From: Lama guanicoe
Lineage: Eukaryota
Direction: 5' to 3'
Assembly (NCBI GenBank): GCA_013239625.1
Contig: MU056050.1
Coordinates: forward strand, 7,482,773-7,546,772
DNA length: 64,000 nt
Below the pieces are notes generated by a model. That model was given only the letters and a program-made list of their open reading frames with translations, did not search any database and had not been told where the DNA came from. The position numbers and the translations under genes were made by a program. Below, in pieces: positions 1 through 13,410 of the stretch (the first letter of the stretch is position 1; every line of letters starts with the position of its first letter).

Positions 1-1145
1 TTGCTCCACCTACATGCTGACACTTTGCTATTGTCAGTATTTTTAATTTTAGTCATTCTTACGATCATGTAGTTATAACTCAATGGTGGCTTTGGTTTGT
101 ATTTACCTGATGAATATTCATGTTGAACATCTTTTTACATGACCTATAGGGCATTTGGATATCTTTTTTTTTCAAAAAGTGCCTATTGGAGTATTTGGTT
201 ATTTTTCAAAAATCAAGTTTATTGAATTATAAATTACAAAAAATGAAATACAGTCATTTAAAGTGTACAGTTTGTTGAGTTTTGACAAATGTATTCACCT
301 GTGTAACTAATATAATTAAAATATAGGATACTTCCATTGCTCACTCCCACTAAAATTCCCTTCTGCCTCTTTGTAGTCAGTTCCTTCACCCTTAACTCCA
401 GGTAATCACTGATCTGCTTCCTTTCACTATAGTTTTCTTTTTCTAGAATTGTATATAAAGGAAATTATACAGTGTGCACCTGTTTGCTTCTTACTTCTTT
501 GACTCAGCAGAATATTTTTGAGATTCATCAATTTTGTTGCATTTTTCAGTAGTATGTCCTTTTTAATTGCAGAGTAGTATTTCACTGCATGGATGTACAT
601 ACATTTGTTTATTCATTCACCTGTTGATGGACATTCTAGTTTTTTTGCTATTACAAATAAAGGTGTTGCAAACATTTAAGTATAAGTCTTTATGTGTGCA
701 TATGTTTTCATTTCTTTTTGGTAAATATGTTGGAGTGTAATTGCTGAGTTGTATGATATGTGTGTATTCAACTTTGTAAAATGCTCCCAAACTCTTTTCC
801 AAAGTAGTTGTACGACTTAATACTCCCTGTAGCATATGAGATTTTCTGTTTCTCCATATCCTTGCTACCACTTTTTATTAAGAGTCTTTGAATTTTAACC
901 ATTTTGGCAAGTATTGACCATCTTTCCATATGCTTATTTGCCATCTCCATACTATTTCATTTGTGAAGTGTCTGTTAAAATATTTTGCCTAGTTTATTGT
1001 TATAAAAGATCCTTACATACTTTAGATACAATTGCTTTGCCAGACATTATTTCATATATACTTCCTCTTAATCTGTGGTTTGCTATTTAATTTTCTTTTT
1101 GGTGTCTTTCAAAGAGAAAATATTTTATTTTGGTATAGTTCAATT
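1..1145 (-). mobile_element. Old L1 (L1M-type) 3' fragments, probably two adjacent or nested pieces (break near 215)
   Basis: Reverse-strand ORF2 C-terminal and 3'UTR-like sequence; minus ORFs contain HTKTYT-like and MANKHMERW motifs typical of the L1 ORF2 end. Confidence 0.8.
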
Positions 1146-1164
1146 TATTATAGTATGACCAACT

Positions 1165-1400
1165 ATGTATTTATTGTTCCTAGCACACATCTGTACATTT
1201 CTCACATAGATTATAATCTTGAACCCTAAAATCAATTCGTCCTGATAGAATTTCTTCTATTTTACAAAAGAGAAAAAGAGGTTCAGAAATGTTAAGTGAC
1301 TTGCTTGAGGCTGCCACACTAATAGGTGCCAGAGTTGGGATTCTAATGCCAACCAGTAAGCTGCAGAGTGAGTTTCTTCAACTAGTCTACACTGCCCCCT
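1165..1400 (-). mobile_element. MIR SINE
   Basis: Core tttacaaaagagaaaaagaggttcagaaatgttaagtgacttgcttgagg. Confidence 0.7.
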
Positions 1401-1524
1401 ATCATCTCCATCCTTTGGTCATCAGCTGTATGACAGCTAAAACAAGAAGGCAGAGCCTTATGTTGCTCAACCTCAGCTGGGAATGTGTACTTTGGGCAAC
1501 TCAAATTTTTCACCATTCTACACA

Positions 1525-2286
1525 TATTAGATAAAGTAGACTTTGGAGCAAAAAAAATTTTACCAGATGGGGACATTATATAATGATAAAATGATCAATC
1601 CACCAAAAAGACAAAGTAATTCTAAATGTGCATGCACCAAACAATGCAGCTGCAGAATACATGAAGCAAAAACTAGTAGAACTGAAAGGAGAAGCAGACA
1701 AGTTCACAATTATAGTGAGAGATTTCAACACTCCTTTTTCAATAACTGTAGAGCAATTAGACAAAATATACACAAGGATATAGACGAACTCAAGAGCACC
1801 ATCAACCAACAGGATCTAATCAACATTTATAGAACACTGCATCCAATGGTAGAATACACATTATTTCAAGTGTCCACAGAGCATACAGAAAGTGGCCAAT
1901 ATTTTGTACTATAAAACTTAACCTCAACAAATCTTGAAAGAGTTGAAATCTAAGAGATATTGTCTTCCAACAACAATGGGAAAAAAAACCCCTTAGAAGT
2001 CATTAAAGAAAAACAACAGGATAATCTCTAACACTTGGAAAGTAATTAACACTCTTATAAATAAGCCATGAGCCAAAGAGAAAGTTGAAAGCAAAATTTA
2101 AAGGAAAAATACAAAATACACAAAAATACACTATACTGAATGGAAATGAAAATACAGCATATGGAAAGTTGTCAAACACAACTTAAACAGGACTGAGTGA
2201 AATTTCTAGCACTAAAAGTTTACAATAGAAAAAAAGATATATTTTATATCAACAATCTATATTCCCACTTCAAGAAAGTAGAAAAT
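1525..2286 (+). mobile_element. Old L1 (L1MC-like) ORF2 endonuclease-region fragment
   Basis: Translation includes KDIDELKSTINQQDLINIYRTLHP..EYTLF, matching the L1 ORF2 EN domain; frameshifted. Confidence 0.85.
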
Positions 2287-2289
2287 GAT

Positions 2290-5045
2290 CTGTGGTCAAA
2301 ATAGTGAGTAGAAAGACCCTGAGCTCACCTTCTCCCACACACCAAAATTACATCTATTTACAGAGCAACTGTCTGTGAGAACGACCTGAAGACTAGCAGA
2401 AAAGATTTTCCACAACTAAAGATATAAAGAAGGAACCACAACAAGACAAGTTGGAGGGGTGGAGATACGGGACAGTCAAGACCCATTCCCCCAGTACTAC
2501 AAGCACCTATACACCAATAGAATGGACAACTTAGAAGAAATGGATAAGTTCCTATATAAACATACAATCTTCCAAGACTGAATCACAAAGAAATAGACAA
2601 TATGAACAAAACTGATTACTAGTAATTAAATTGAAGCAGTAATTTAAAAAAAACTCCCAATAAACAAAATTCCAGGACCAGATAGCTTCACAGGTGAATT
2701 GTACTGAATATTTAAAGAAGAGTTAATGCCTATCCTCAAGTCATTCCAAAAAATTGAAGTGGAAAGAATGCTTCCAAACTTATTATATTAGGCCAACGTC
2801 ACCCTGATACCAAAATGAGACAAAAACACCACACACAAAGAGAAAACTGCAGGTCAATATTACTGGCGAACATAGATGCAAAAATCCACAAAAAGTATTA
2901 GCAAATGTGATTTAAAAATACATTACAAGAATCATACACCATGATCAAATGGGATTTATCCCAAGGAAATAAAGGATGCAAGGGATCAATATCTGCAAAT
3001 CAATCAACTTCATACATCACATTAACAAATTGAAAAATAAAAATCATTTGATCATCTCAATGGATGCAGAAAGAACTTTTGACAAAATTCAACATCCATT
3101 GATGATGAAAATTCTCAACAAAGTGGTTATAGAGAAACATATCTCAACATAATAAACGCCACATATGACAAGCCCACAGCTAATATCATACTCAGTGGTG
3201 AAAAGCTGAAACATTTCCTCTAAGATCAGGAATAAAACTAAAATTCCCACTCTCACCACTTCTATTCAACATAGTATTGAAAATTCTAGCCACAGAAATC
3301 AGACAAGGAAAAGAAATAAAAGCTATCAAAATTGGAAAACAAGTTGTAAAACAGTCACTGTTTACAGATAACATGATACTATATGTAAACAAAATCCTAA
3401 AGACCCCACAAAAAACTATTGGGACTAATAAATGAATTCACTCAAGTTGCAGGTTACAAAATTAATGTACAGAAATCTGTTGCATTTCTATACACTAACA
3501 ACTATCATAAAGAAAAAATTTTTAAAATCTCATTTATAATTACATCAAAAAGAATAAAATACACAGGAATAAATCTAACCAAGGAAGTAAAAGACCTGTA
3601 CTCAGAAAACTGTATGAAACTGATGAAAGAACTTGAAGATGACACAAACAAATGGAAAGATAGACCATTTTCATGGAATTGGAGAGTTAATATTGTTAAA
3701 ATGACCATACTCCTCAAAGCAATCTACAGATTCAGTGCAATCTCTATTAAAATACTAGTGGCATTTTTCACAGAACTAGAACAAATAATTCTATAATTTG
3801 TATGGAAACACAAAAGACCCCTAATAGCCAAAATAATCTTGAGAAAGAACAAAGCTGGACATAGCACATTCCCTGATTTCAAAGTATACTACAAAACTAT
3901 ACTAATCAAAACAGTATGGTACTGGCACAAAAACAGACATATAGATCAATGGAACAGAATAGAGAGCCCAGAAATAAACCCACAATTATATGGTCAATTA
4001 ACCTATGACAAAGAAGGTGAGAATTTACAATGGGGAAAAGACAGCCTCTTCAGTAAATGGTGTTGGGAAAACTGGACAGCTACATGCCAAAGTATCAAAC
4101 TGGACTACTTTCTCATGCCATGTAAAAAATAAACTCAAAATGGATTAAATATTTTAATATAAGACCCAAACCATAAAACTCCTAGAAGAAAAAATAGGCA
4201 GTACACTCTGACATCAGTCTTTGCAACATTTTTGTTGTTGTTTATGCCTCTTCAGGCAAGGGCAACAAAGGTAAAAATAAGCAAATGGAACTACATCAAA
4301 CTAAAAAGCTTTTGCACTGTGAAGGGAACTATCAACTAAATGAAATGGCAGCTTACTGAATGGGAGAAGATATTTGCAAGTGATATACCTGATAAGGGGT
4401 TAATATTCAAAATATACAAAGAACTCATACAAATCAACATAAAAAAACAGATTAAAAATGGATAGAGGACCTGAATAGTCATTTTTCCAAAGAACAGGTA
4501 CAGATGGCCAACAGGCACATGAAAAGATGCTAAACATCACTAATCATCAGGGAAATGAAAATCAAAACCACAGTAAGATATCACATCTGTCAGAGTGACT
4601 TATCAAAAAGACGAGAAGTAACAAGTGTTGGTGAGGATATGGAGAAAAGAGAACCCTAATATACTATTGGTGGGAGTATAAATTGGTGCAGCCACTATGG
4701 AAAACAGTATGGACTTTCCTCAGAAAATTCAAACTGGAGTACTGTACAATCCAGCAATTCCACTTCTGGGTATTTTTCCAAGGAAAACAAAAATATCAAT
4801 TTGAAAAGATATATGCAGCCCCTATGTTCATTCCCGCATTATTTACAATAGCCAAGGTATAGAAGCAACCTACATTTCCATCAATAGATTAATTCAGCCA
4901 TAAAAAGGATGAGATCTTGCCGTTTGTAACAATATGAATTTGTATAGAGTGTATTATGCTAAGTGATATGAATCCGATAGAGAAAGACAAATACCATATA
5001 AGTTAACTTATATGTGGAATCTAAAAAAGGAGGCAAACAAAAGAA
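2290..5045 (+). mobile_element. L1 with ~200 bp of 5'UTR joined directly to decayed ORF2 (RT and C-terminal part); 3'UTR absent
   Basis: ORF2 peptides [23 protein letters not shown] and [24 protein letters not shown]; 2290-2494 resembles a laurasiatherian L1 5' end; multiple stops and frameshifts. Confidence 0.9.
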
Positions 5046-5049
5046 AAAA

Positions 5050-5819
5050 TCATTAGCCATTGGTATAGTGTACATTAAAACCACAAAGAGATATTCCTAC
5101 ATACATATATAAACAGCTAAAATAAAAAACAATGACAATATCAAATGCTGTCAAGATGTGGAAAAATAACCTCTCATTCAGTCGGAAATATACAGCCACT
5201 TTGGGAAACAGCTTCATGGTTTTTTTTAAACTACACATATGGTTACTAAACAACCAGTAATTATACTCCTGAGCATTTATTCTAGAGAAATAAAAACTTA
5301 AGTTCACACAAAAATTTGTACACAAATATTCATAGCAGCTTTATTTGAGACAGATCAAAATTGGAAACAACCCAGATATCCTTTAACTAGTGAATCTTTA
5401 AACTATTGTACATGCATACAATAAAAAGGAACAAACTTTGATACAACTGCCTGCATGAATCTCCGGAGAATCATGCTGAGAATAAAAAAGCCAATCCCCA
5501 AAAGTGGCAGGTTGTGTGATTCTATTTAAATAACATTCTTGGAATGACAAAATCATAAAAATTGCAAATAAATTAGTTGTTTCCAAAGGTTAAAAAGGGA
5601 ATCGGGGGTGGTAGGAGGAAAGTGGATATGAGTATAAGAGGACAACATGAGTGATTGTTGTGGTGATGGAAATGTTTTGTGTCTTGTCTACTTATATCAG
5701 TATTCTGGTTGTGGCATTTTTCTGTGCTTTTTCAAGATGTTACTATCGGGGTGATCTCTCTGTATCATTTCTTAAAAATGCAAATGAATCTATGATTATC
5801 TCAAAATAAAAATGTAATT
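5050..5819 (+). mobile_element. Old L1 (L1MC-like) 3' end, likely the continuation of 1525-2286
   Basis: ORF2 tail and 3'UTR ending tctcaaaataaaaatgtaattaaaa. Confidence 0.8.
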
Positions 5820-5833
5820 AAAAAGTTAGTGGG

Positions 5834-7790
5834 TTTCATCATTTGCAAAAATTTTCTCCTATTCCGTAGGTGGTTGTTTTGTTTTTCTTATGGTTTCCTT
5901 TGCTGTGCAGAAGCTTTTAAGTTTAATTAGGTCCCATTTGTTTATTCTTGCTTTTATTTCTATTGCTTGTGTAGACTGCCCTAGGAGAACATTTTTGAAA
6001 TGTGTGTCAGATAATGTTTTGCCTGTACTTTCTTCTAGGAGGTTTATTGTATCTCGTCTTATGTTTAAGTCTTTGATCCACTTTGAGTTTAGTTTTGTGT
6101 ATGGTGTAAGGGAGTGTTCTAGCTTCATTCCTTTATATGCTGCTGTCCAGTTTTCCCAACACCATTTGCTGAAGAGACTGTCTTTATTCTATTGTATATT
6201 CCTGCCTCCTTTGTTGAAGATTAGTTGACCAAAAGTTTGTGGGTTCATTTCTGGACTCTCTATTCTGTTCCATTGGTCCATATGTCTGTTTTTGTACCAG
6301 TACCATGCTGTCTTGAGGACTGTGGCTCTACAGTATTGTCTGAAGTCTGGGAGAGTTATTCCTCCAGCTCTTTCTTTTTCTGCAGTAATGCTTTGGCAAA
6401 TCATCCAAGAGCATGGGATACCTTTCCATTTTTTAAAGTCTTCTTTAATTTCCTTCACCAATGGTTAATAGTTTTCTGTGTATAATTTTCTCACCTCTGT
6501 GGTTAGATTTATTCCTAGTTATTTTATTACTTTGGGTGCTATTTTAAAAGGGATTGTTTCTTTATTTTCTTTTCCTGTTGATTCATCCTTAGTGTAAAGA
6601 AATGCAACTGATTTTTGAATGTTAATCTTGCAACCTGCTACTTTGCTGAATTCTTTGATTGGTTCTAGTAGTTTTTGTGTGGACCTTTTAGGGTTTTCTA
6701 TATATAGTATCATGTCATCGGCATATAGTGACACTTTTACCTCTTCTTTTCCAATTTGGATCCCTTTTATTCTCTCTCTTGATCTCCAGAATATATAAGC
6801 AGCTCATACGAATTAATAAGAAAAAAAACAAACAACCCAATCCAAAAATGGGCAGAAGACCTAAACAAGTAATTCTCCAAGGAAGACATACAAATGATCA
6901 ATAGGCACATGAAAAAATGCTCAATATCACTAATTATCAGAGAAATGCAAATCAAAACTAGTGAGGTATCACCTCACACCAGTCAGAATGGCCATCATTC
7001 AAAAATCCACAAATGACAAATGCTGGAGAGGCTGTGGAGAAAGGGGAACCCTCCTACACTGCTGGTGGGAATGCAGTTTGGTGCAGCCACTGTGGAAAAC
7101 AATGTGGAGATTCCTCAAAAGACTAGGAATAGACTTACCAGATGACCCAGGAATCCCACTCCTGGGCTTGTACCCAGAAGGAAATGTACTTCAGGATGAC
7201 ACCTGCACCCCAATGTTCATAGAAGCGCTATTTACAATAGCCAAGACTTGGAAACAGCCTAAATGTCCATCAACAGATGACTGGATAAAGAAGAAGTGGT
7301 ATATTTATACAATGGAATACTACTCAGCCATAAAAACCAACAACATAATGCCATTTGCAGCAAGATGGATGTCCCTGGAGAATGTCATTCTAAGTGAAGT
7401 AAGCCAGAAGGAGAAAGAAAAGTACCATATGAGATCGCTCATATGTGGAACCTAAAATAAATAAATAAATAAAATAAAAAATAAGTAAATACAAAACAGA
7501 AACAGACTCATAGACATAGAATAGAAACTTGTTGCCAAGGGGGTGGGGGTTGGGAAGGGATAGACTGGGAGTTCAAAATTTGTTGATACTGACAGGTATA
7601 TGTTGAATAGATAAACAAGATTATACACTATAGCACAGGGAAATATATACAAGATCTTGGGGTAGCTCACAGCAAAACAGAATGTGACAATGAATATATG
7701 TGTGTTCATGTATAACTGAAAAATTGTGCTGTACACTGGAATTTGACACAACATTGTAAAACGAGTATAACTCAATAAAAACAGTTTAGA
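5834..7790 (+). mobile_element. Young lineage-specific L1, 5'-truncated and 5'-inverted (5834-~6777 minus, ~6778-7790 plus)
   Basis: Perfect 14-bp TSD aaaaagttagtggg at 5820-5833 and 7791-7804; open ORF2 C-terminus 6961-7455 ([18 protein letters not shown]); RT motif [10 protein letters not shown] on the minus strand. Confidence 0.95.
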
Positions 7791-7899
7791 AAAAAGTTAG
7801 TGGGCCACAGAAGAAAGTCTCAGTAAGTTACCTCTTCTGGGGAAAAGAGGCAAATTGGAAAGGGAGTACCCCATGGAGTCTTGATGATAAAGGGAAGAA

Positions 7900-9000
7900 A
7901 AAGAGAGAAATTTTAAATCCTGTGAAAACTACAAAAAAAGGATGACAGAATCAGAAAGCACTTCACAATCATCATCACTATCACCACCACCAGAAACAAA
8001 AACCAAAACCCCCTACTCCTTTACACCTCAGAAAAGGGCACTCTTGAATCAAAAACTGAATTAGTCTCTACATTCTAATGCAACTGTTATTGATATCTAA
8101 GGAAATATACTGTTTAAAAATGAACAGAAAGTTACTGTGAACACAGTCATGAAATTAAAATAAAAATATTTCAGTGATGAAAATTTCTCCCCAACTCAAG
8201 CATGAGGCAAAAGAAAATTGTAATACATCACAAAATAATAAAAGTACTTTAAATTAGAAATTCATTATTTAAAAAAATTGTGGCCTTTAATTTTTATTTA
8301 TTTAAAAACATTTTATTTTTAATGTATATATTTGAAATATTTTTAACATTATTTTATGTTATTTTATTTTATAACATTGTTATTTGAGAAGTATTTTATT
8401 GAGGTGTAATTGATATACAAAAACTACAACTATCAAGTGGAGATAAAAGCAGAAAGATGTGAAACTCAATTCAGGGAAGTAATTGAAGAGGTTGTCATAA
8501 AAATAGTGATTAAATTGTAATTGAAAATTATAATTGGAAATCTTCATAGAAATGTTGGTTAAACTCTAATTGGTAATTGAAGGACAACTTGGCTGAATGT
8601 AAAATCCTTGGCCACACTGTATTTCCTTGAGTTTCTTGAAAATGTTACTCTGTTGTCTTTCCATGCTGCTGTTGAGAAGTCTTATGCTAAGCTGATTTTC
8701 ATTCATTTGAAACTTCTTCACTTTTGGCCAAGAGGATTATTTCTTTACCTTTAAAGTCTAATAGCTGCAACGGGATTTTTCCTGGTGTTAACTATTCTGG
8801 ATCAGTTTTCTGAGGTACATAGTGAGCTGACATATCAGTGTCAAGATACAGGTCTACTTTATTTATGGATTTTTTTCTTTTAATTATATCTTTAAAGATT
8901 AGCTCTATTTTATTGCTGCATAGGGAATACATGGCGTAAAAGGATATCAAATAAAGATTGAATCAGTTAAACGAGGCAGTAGAAGGAAAATACATGTATT
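7900..9000. mobile_element. Highly decayed ancient L1/HAL1 ORF1-region fragments, with a minus-strand segment at ~8575-8915
   Basis: A-rich L1-like composition; gctgctgttgagaagtcttatgctaagctgatt resembles reverse-strand ORF1 IRLASDFS motif. Confidence 0.5.
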
Positions 9001-9022
9001 ATAAAAAGGTGGTAGTAGTAGC

Positions 9023-9159
9023 GGGGAGGGTATAGCTCAAGTGGTAGAATGCATGCTTTGCATACACAAGATCCTGGGTTCAATCCCCAGTACCCTCTCT
9101 AAAAATAAATAAGTAAACTTAATTACCTCCCCTCCAAATAAAATAAAATAAAAATTAAG
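9023..9159 (+). mobile_element. tRNA-derived SINE (camelid Vic-1-like)
   Basis: ggggagggtatagctcaagtggtaga (A box), gggttcaatcccc (B box), A-rich tail; degenerate TSD aaaaaggtggtagta / aaaaaggtaatagca. Confidence 0.85.
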
Positions 9160-9267
9160 AAAAAGGTAATAGCATGAAGATAATCACTAGAACACACTAC
9201 AAATTTACCTAAATACAAAGAAAAAGAGAGCACACAGTAAAACACAGGATATGTGACACATACAGCA

Positions 9268-9724
9268 TGATTGCTCTTGCAATGTGTCCATTTAGCTGGG
9301 CTATAGCCCCCAGTTATTCAAAAACTACTCTATGTTGCTGTAAAAAAAATCTTGCTGATGCAATTAAAGCCCCTAATCCATTGACTTTAAGTAAAGGAGA
9401 TTATCCTGGATAATCTCAGTGGGCTTGTCTGATGCAATTCAGAAGCCTTAAAAGCAAAGCTGAGTTTTGTTCAAAAGACAGAAGAAATTCTGCCTATGGA
9501 CAACAACTTTGGCCTGTGCCTGTGGAGTCTGAGCATGCCTGTGATCTTCCCTTCATGACTCCCTGCCCTGTGGATTTCAGGCTTGCTTAGCCACCCTCAC
9601 AATTGAATAAGCCAATTCCTGTAATAAGTCTCTTTTCACACACACACATACACACACTTGCATGCATGCATGCACACACACATCCTACTTACTCTACTTG
9701 TCTGGTTTACCCCGACTGATACAC
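9268..9724 (+). mobile_element. ERVL solo LTR, MLT2-like
   Basis: gactttaagtaaaggagattatcctggataatc, internal (CA)n near the 3' end, terminus gactgataca. Confidence 0.75.
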
Positions 9725-9821
9725 ACAGTAAATATAAAATAAAATAGCATGGCAGAGTTGAAATTAAACCTCTTACTCATATCAATAAATGTGAATGGGT
9801 TTAATTCACTATTTAAAAAAA

Positions 9822-11230
9822 TTATTCAAGGAAAATACAATATGAGCCTGGATCATCTTATAGTATCAAAAATAACAAAGTATTTATTGTTTGTGGAATT
9901 TTTAATGATGGCCATTCTGACTGGTGTGAGGTGATTTGCATTTCTCTGATAATTTGTGATATTAAGCATTTTTATGTGCCTACTGGCCATTTGTATGTCT
10001 TCATTGGAGAATTGCTTGTTTGGGTATTCTGCCCATTTTTGGATTGGGTTGTCTGTTTTTTTTCTTAAGTCATATGTGCTGTTTATATATTCTGGAAATT
10101 AAGCCTTTGTCAGTAGCATCATTTGCAAATATTTTCTCCCAATCCATAGGTTATCATTTTGTTTTGCTTATGGTTTCCTTTGCTGTGCAAAAGCTTATTA
10201 AGTTTAAAATGGAGATTCCTCAAAAAACTAAAAGTACTTATCATATGATCCAGCAATCCCACTCCTGGGCATATATCCAGAGGGAACCTTAATTCAAAAA
10301 GAGACTTGCATCCCAATGTTCATAGCAGAACTATTTGCAATAGCCAGGACATGGAAACAATCTAAATGTGCATCAACAGATGACTGGATAAAGAAGCTGT
10401 GGTATATTTATATAATGGAATACTACTCAGCCATAAAAAGAATAAAATGATGCCATTTGCAGAAACATGGATAGAACTGGAGATTGTCATTCTATGTGAA
10501 GTAAACCAGAAAGAGAAAGAAAAATACCATATAATATCACTCATATGTGGAATCTAAAGAAAGAAAAAAAAAGACAGTAATGAACTTATCTACAAAACAG
10601 AAACAGACTTACAGAAATAGAGAACAAACTTATGGTTACCGGGGGGAAGGGAGTGGAAAGGGATAAATGGGGAGTTCGAGATTTGCAAATATTAAGTACT
10701 ATATGTAAAACAGATAAACAGCAAGCTTTTTCTTTATAGCACAGGGAACTATATTCAATATCTTGTAGTAAACTATAATGAAAAAAAATGACAATGAACA
10801 TATGTATGTCTATATATGATTGAAACATTATGCTATATACCAGAAACTGACACATTGTAAACTGACTATACTTCAATAAAAAAAAAATAAGGAAGTGCTA
10901 AAAAAAAATATGGTGGTGCATGTCAAAGGCACATGGGAGTCAATCTGAAAGTGCTTCCAATGGCCAAAGATGGAAAAATCTGAATGATGGAGTATAAACA
11001 ACATAGTGCTGAATTATAATCCAAAGTATAAAGTAAATATTCTTGAGTCCTCAATGGTATAAATAAATTATTGAATAAATAAATTAATAGAGGAATAGAG
11101 AAAAATAATCCTTACAAAGGGATTATGCATAATTTATGTAGATTCTCCTGTCCAGGAGTTAGAACTTAATTATCACCAACCTCTCACCTTGACCCCCAGT
11201 GTGGGCAGGACTTACTGTCTTGTTTCTATA
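9822..11230 (+). mobile_element. L1MC3/4-like 3'UTR interrupted by a younger L1
   Basis: atgagcctggatcatcttatagtatcaaaaataa continues after 10890 as ggaagtgct..gtcaaaggcacatgggagtcaatctgaaagtgcttccaatggccaaag. Confidence 0.65.
9883..10885 (+). mobile_element. 5'-inverted truncated L1 (9883-~10205 minus, ~10206-10885 plus)
   Basis: Strand switch at aagtttaa|aatggagattcc; polyA after cttcaataaa; degenerate TSD aaaaataacaaagt / aaaaataaggaagt. Confidence 0.85.
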
Positions 11231-11239
11231 TGGGGAAAA

Positions 11240-11518
11240 AATTAACTTCTTACATGTCCTCTTACTACATCAGAGATGGCAGCAGGCACCCTAATTTTGA
11301 ATCCCCCACATGCTTCAAATATCTTTGACTTCCCCTCTACTACTAGCTGGGGAAAACTCAGCACTTAAAGATACTTACGTGATTTGGCTAGGCTCACCTG
11401 AATAAAGGTCAATTGAATCATATAATATAACAATTACAAGAGTGGTATCTCTTCATATATACTCGTTCCAGGGATTAGGGTATGACATTTTAGGGGCTAT
11501 TTTCAGAGTTCTCAACAC
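11240..11518 (-). mobile_element. MaLR LTR fragment (MLT1E/F-like)
   Basis: gggattagggtatgacattttaggggctatttt terminus pattern. Confidence 0.55.
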
Positions 11519-11524
11519 ACTGGT

Positions 11525-12058
11525 GTATCAATTTATATTTAAAACTAAATTCACACTTACAGAAAACTGATTTGTGTGAAGAGTTAGATCTTTATAGAAA
11601 AATTGTTCTGTGAGAATAATCAACTCTAGGTGTAACACAATTTATATTTCAAAATTATTTATTATATCAGAAATACATTCCAATATTATCACAGCCTATA
11701 AATATATGTTGCTTTCATTATGACAATTGAAAGAGATTGCTAAAAGTATAAATTTTGAGTATCCAATAAAGATTTTACAGAAGAGTGAGCCAGAAAAACC
11801 TTTGACCAATAAAGATATCACATTATAAAATACTATTTATTGTATTATGTAAAATTATGACACTATTTTTTGCAATTTGTAAGTATATGTTGTTATTCAT
11901 GTGTCACTGTTACTACTGTTGTATTTTATATATAATAAAATCTTAAGGGAAAATATTAATATTTTTGTATCGTAACAGCACTTTTCCCCTGGTTTTTGAA
12001 CAAAAGTCCCTGCATTTTCATTTTACACTGGGTCCCACAAATTTTGTTCCCAGCCTTG
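11525..12058 (-). mobile_element. hAT-Tip100 DNA transposon, MER45-like
   Basis: End tttttgaacaaaagtccctgcattttcattttacactgggtcccacaaatt resembles the reverse-complemented MER45 terminus. Confidence 0.65.
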
Positions 12059-12059
12059 A

Positions 12060-13410
12060 CCTGACAAGAACATTACAAGGAAAGCAAATTACAAACCAAT
12101 ACCCTTCATGAACACAGACACAAAAATGTTTAATTAATATTAGCAACTTGAATCCAGGCAATATAGAAAAGAGGTAATACATCATAAACAATGAGTGATT
12201 ATTTCAAGAATTGAAGTTTTATTTAATATTCAAAAATCTACCAAGTTAATTCATAATATTAACAGAATAAAGATAAAAAACATGATAATCACAACAAAAG
12301 CAGAAGAATTTAACAAAATTAAACATCAATTCAGAATTGAAAGGAAAATCTTAGCAGACTAAGTAACTTCTTCAGCTTGATAAAGGGTATCTAGAAAAAC
12401 CAATAGCTAACATAATACTTAATGGTAAAATTTTAAATGCTTTCCCCTTAAAGTTAGGAAGAAGGTAAAAACATCTGCTCTTACCATTTCTATTCAGCAT
12501 TGTACTGGTGGCTGTAATAAGTACAATACAGAAATAAAAAATAAAAAGCACAAAGATTGAGAAGAAGCAAAGTTAAACTGTTTTTTCCATAATCAACATG
12601 ATCATTTACATATAAATCCTATGGAATCTTCAAAAATAGAAAAAATACAAGATAAGTCAATATATGAAAATCAATTGTATTTCTGTAACAAATAATTGTA
12701 AAAGTAAAAAATATTTATGAAAGCATCAAAAAATAAGATGCATAGGCATATATTTAATGAAAAATATGTAGGTCTCTACCCTGAACACTCAAAACATTGA
12801 TGACCTAAATAAACTGAGGGATATAACATGTTCACTACTTGGATGACTCAGTATTTTTAAGATTTGAATTCTCCAAATTGATCTCTACTTTCAATAGTAT
12901 TCTGACTGAAATTTCAGCTGGCTTTAAAAAAATATATATTAATAGGCTATTTCTAAAATTTATATAGAAATGCACCTTGGCTAGACTAGCCAAAATTATC
13001 TTGAAAAAAGATTAAAGTAGAACTTACACTATCTGATTTTAATATCTAAAATAAAGCTACAGTAAGTGCATAAAGCACTAACAGTAAAAGAAAAAAATGA
13101 TACCTGCATTTTATAAAATTCAAAATTGTCAAGACATCAAGAGACATTAAGAAAATGAAAAGACAGACGTCTGTACTGGAAAATATATGTGCAAAATATA
13201 TAACTGACAAATAGCTTGCATCCAGACATTTAAAGAACTTTACAAGTTAACAGTAAAAATAAACAACCTGATAAAAGATGGACTTAATACTTAGACATTT
13301 CACAAATGAGTATCTATCAATGGCTAATAATGATGCTCAAAAACATTAGTCATTAAAATAAAACCATTATGATATACTACTACACACACACTGATATGGA
13401 TAAAATTAAG
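12060..13410 (+). mobile_element. Ancient L1 (L1ME-like) ORF2 with internal deletions
   Basis: Decayed RT-region sequence, e.g. aatgctttccccttaaagttaggaagaagg and ccatttctattcagcattgtactgg. Confidence 0.8.

Noticed and set aside
6961..7455. 164-aa ORF and similar ORFs at 3419, 23865, 35925 and 36397 as genes
   Set aside because: Fragments of truncated L1 ORF2; no full-length ORF1/ORF2
9023..9095. tRNA gene (also 13528-13603 and 33410-33483)
   Set aside because: Degenerate cloverleaf, with SINE tails on two of the three copies; dispersed SINE copies
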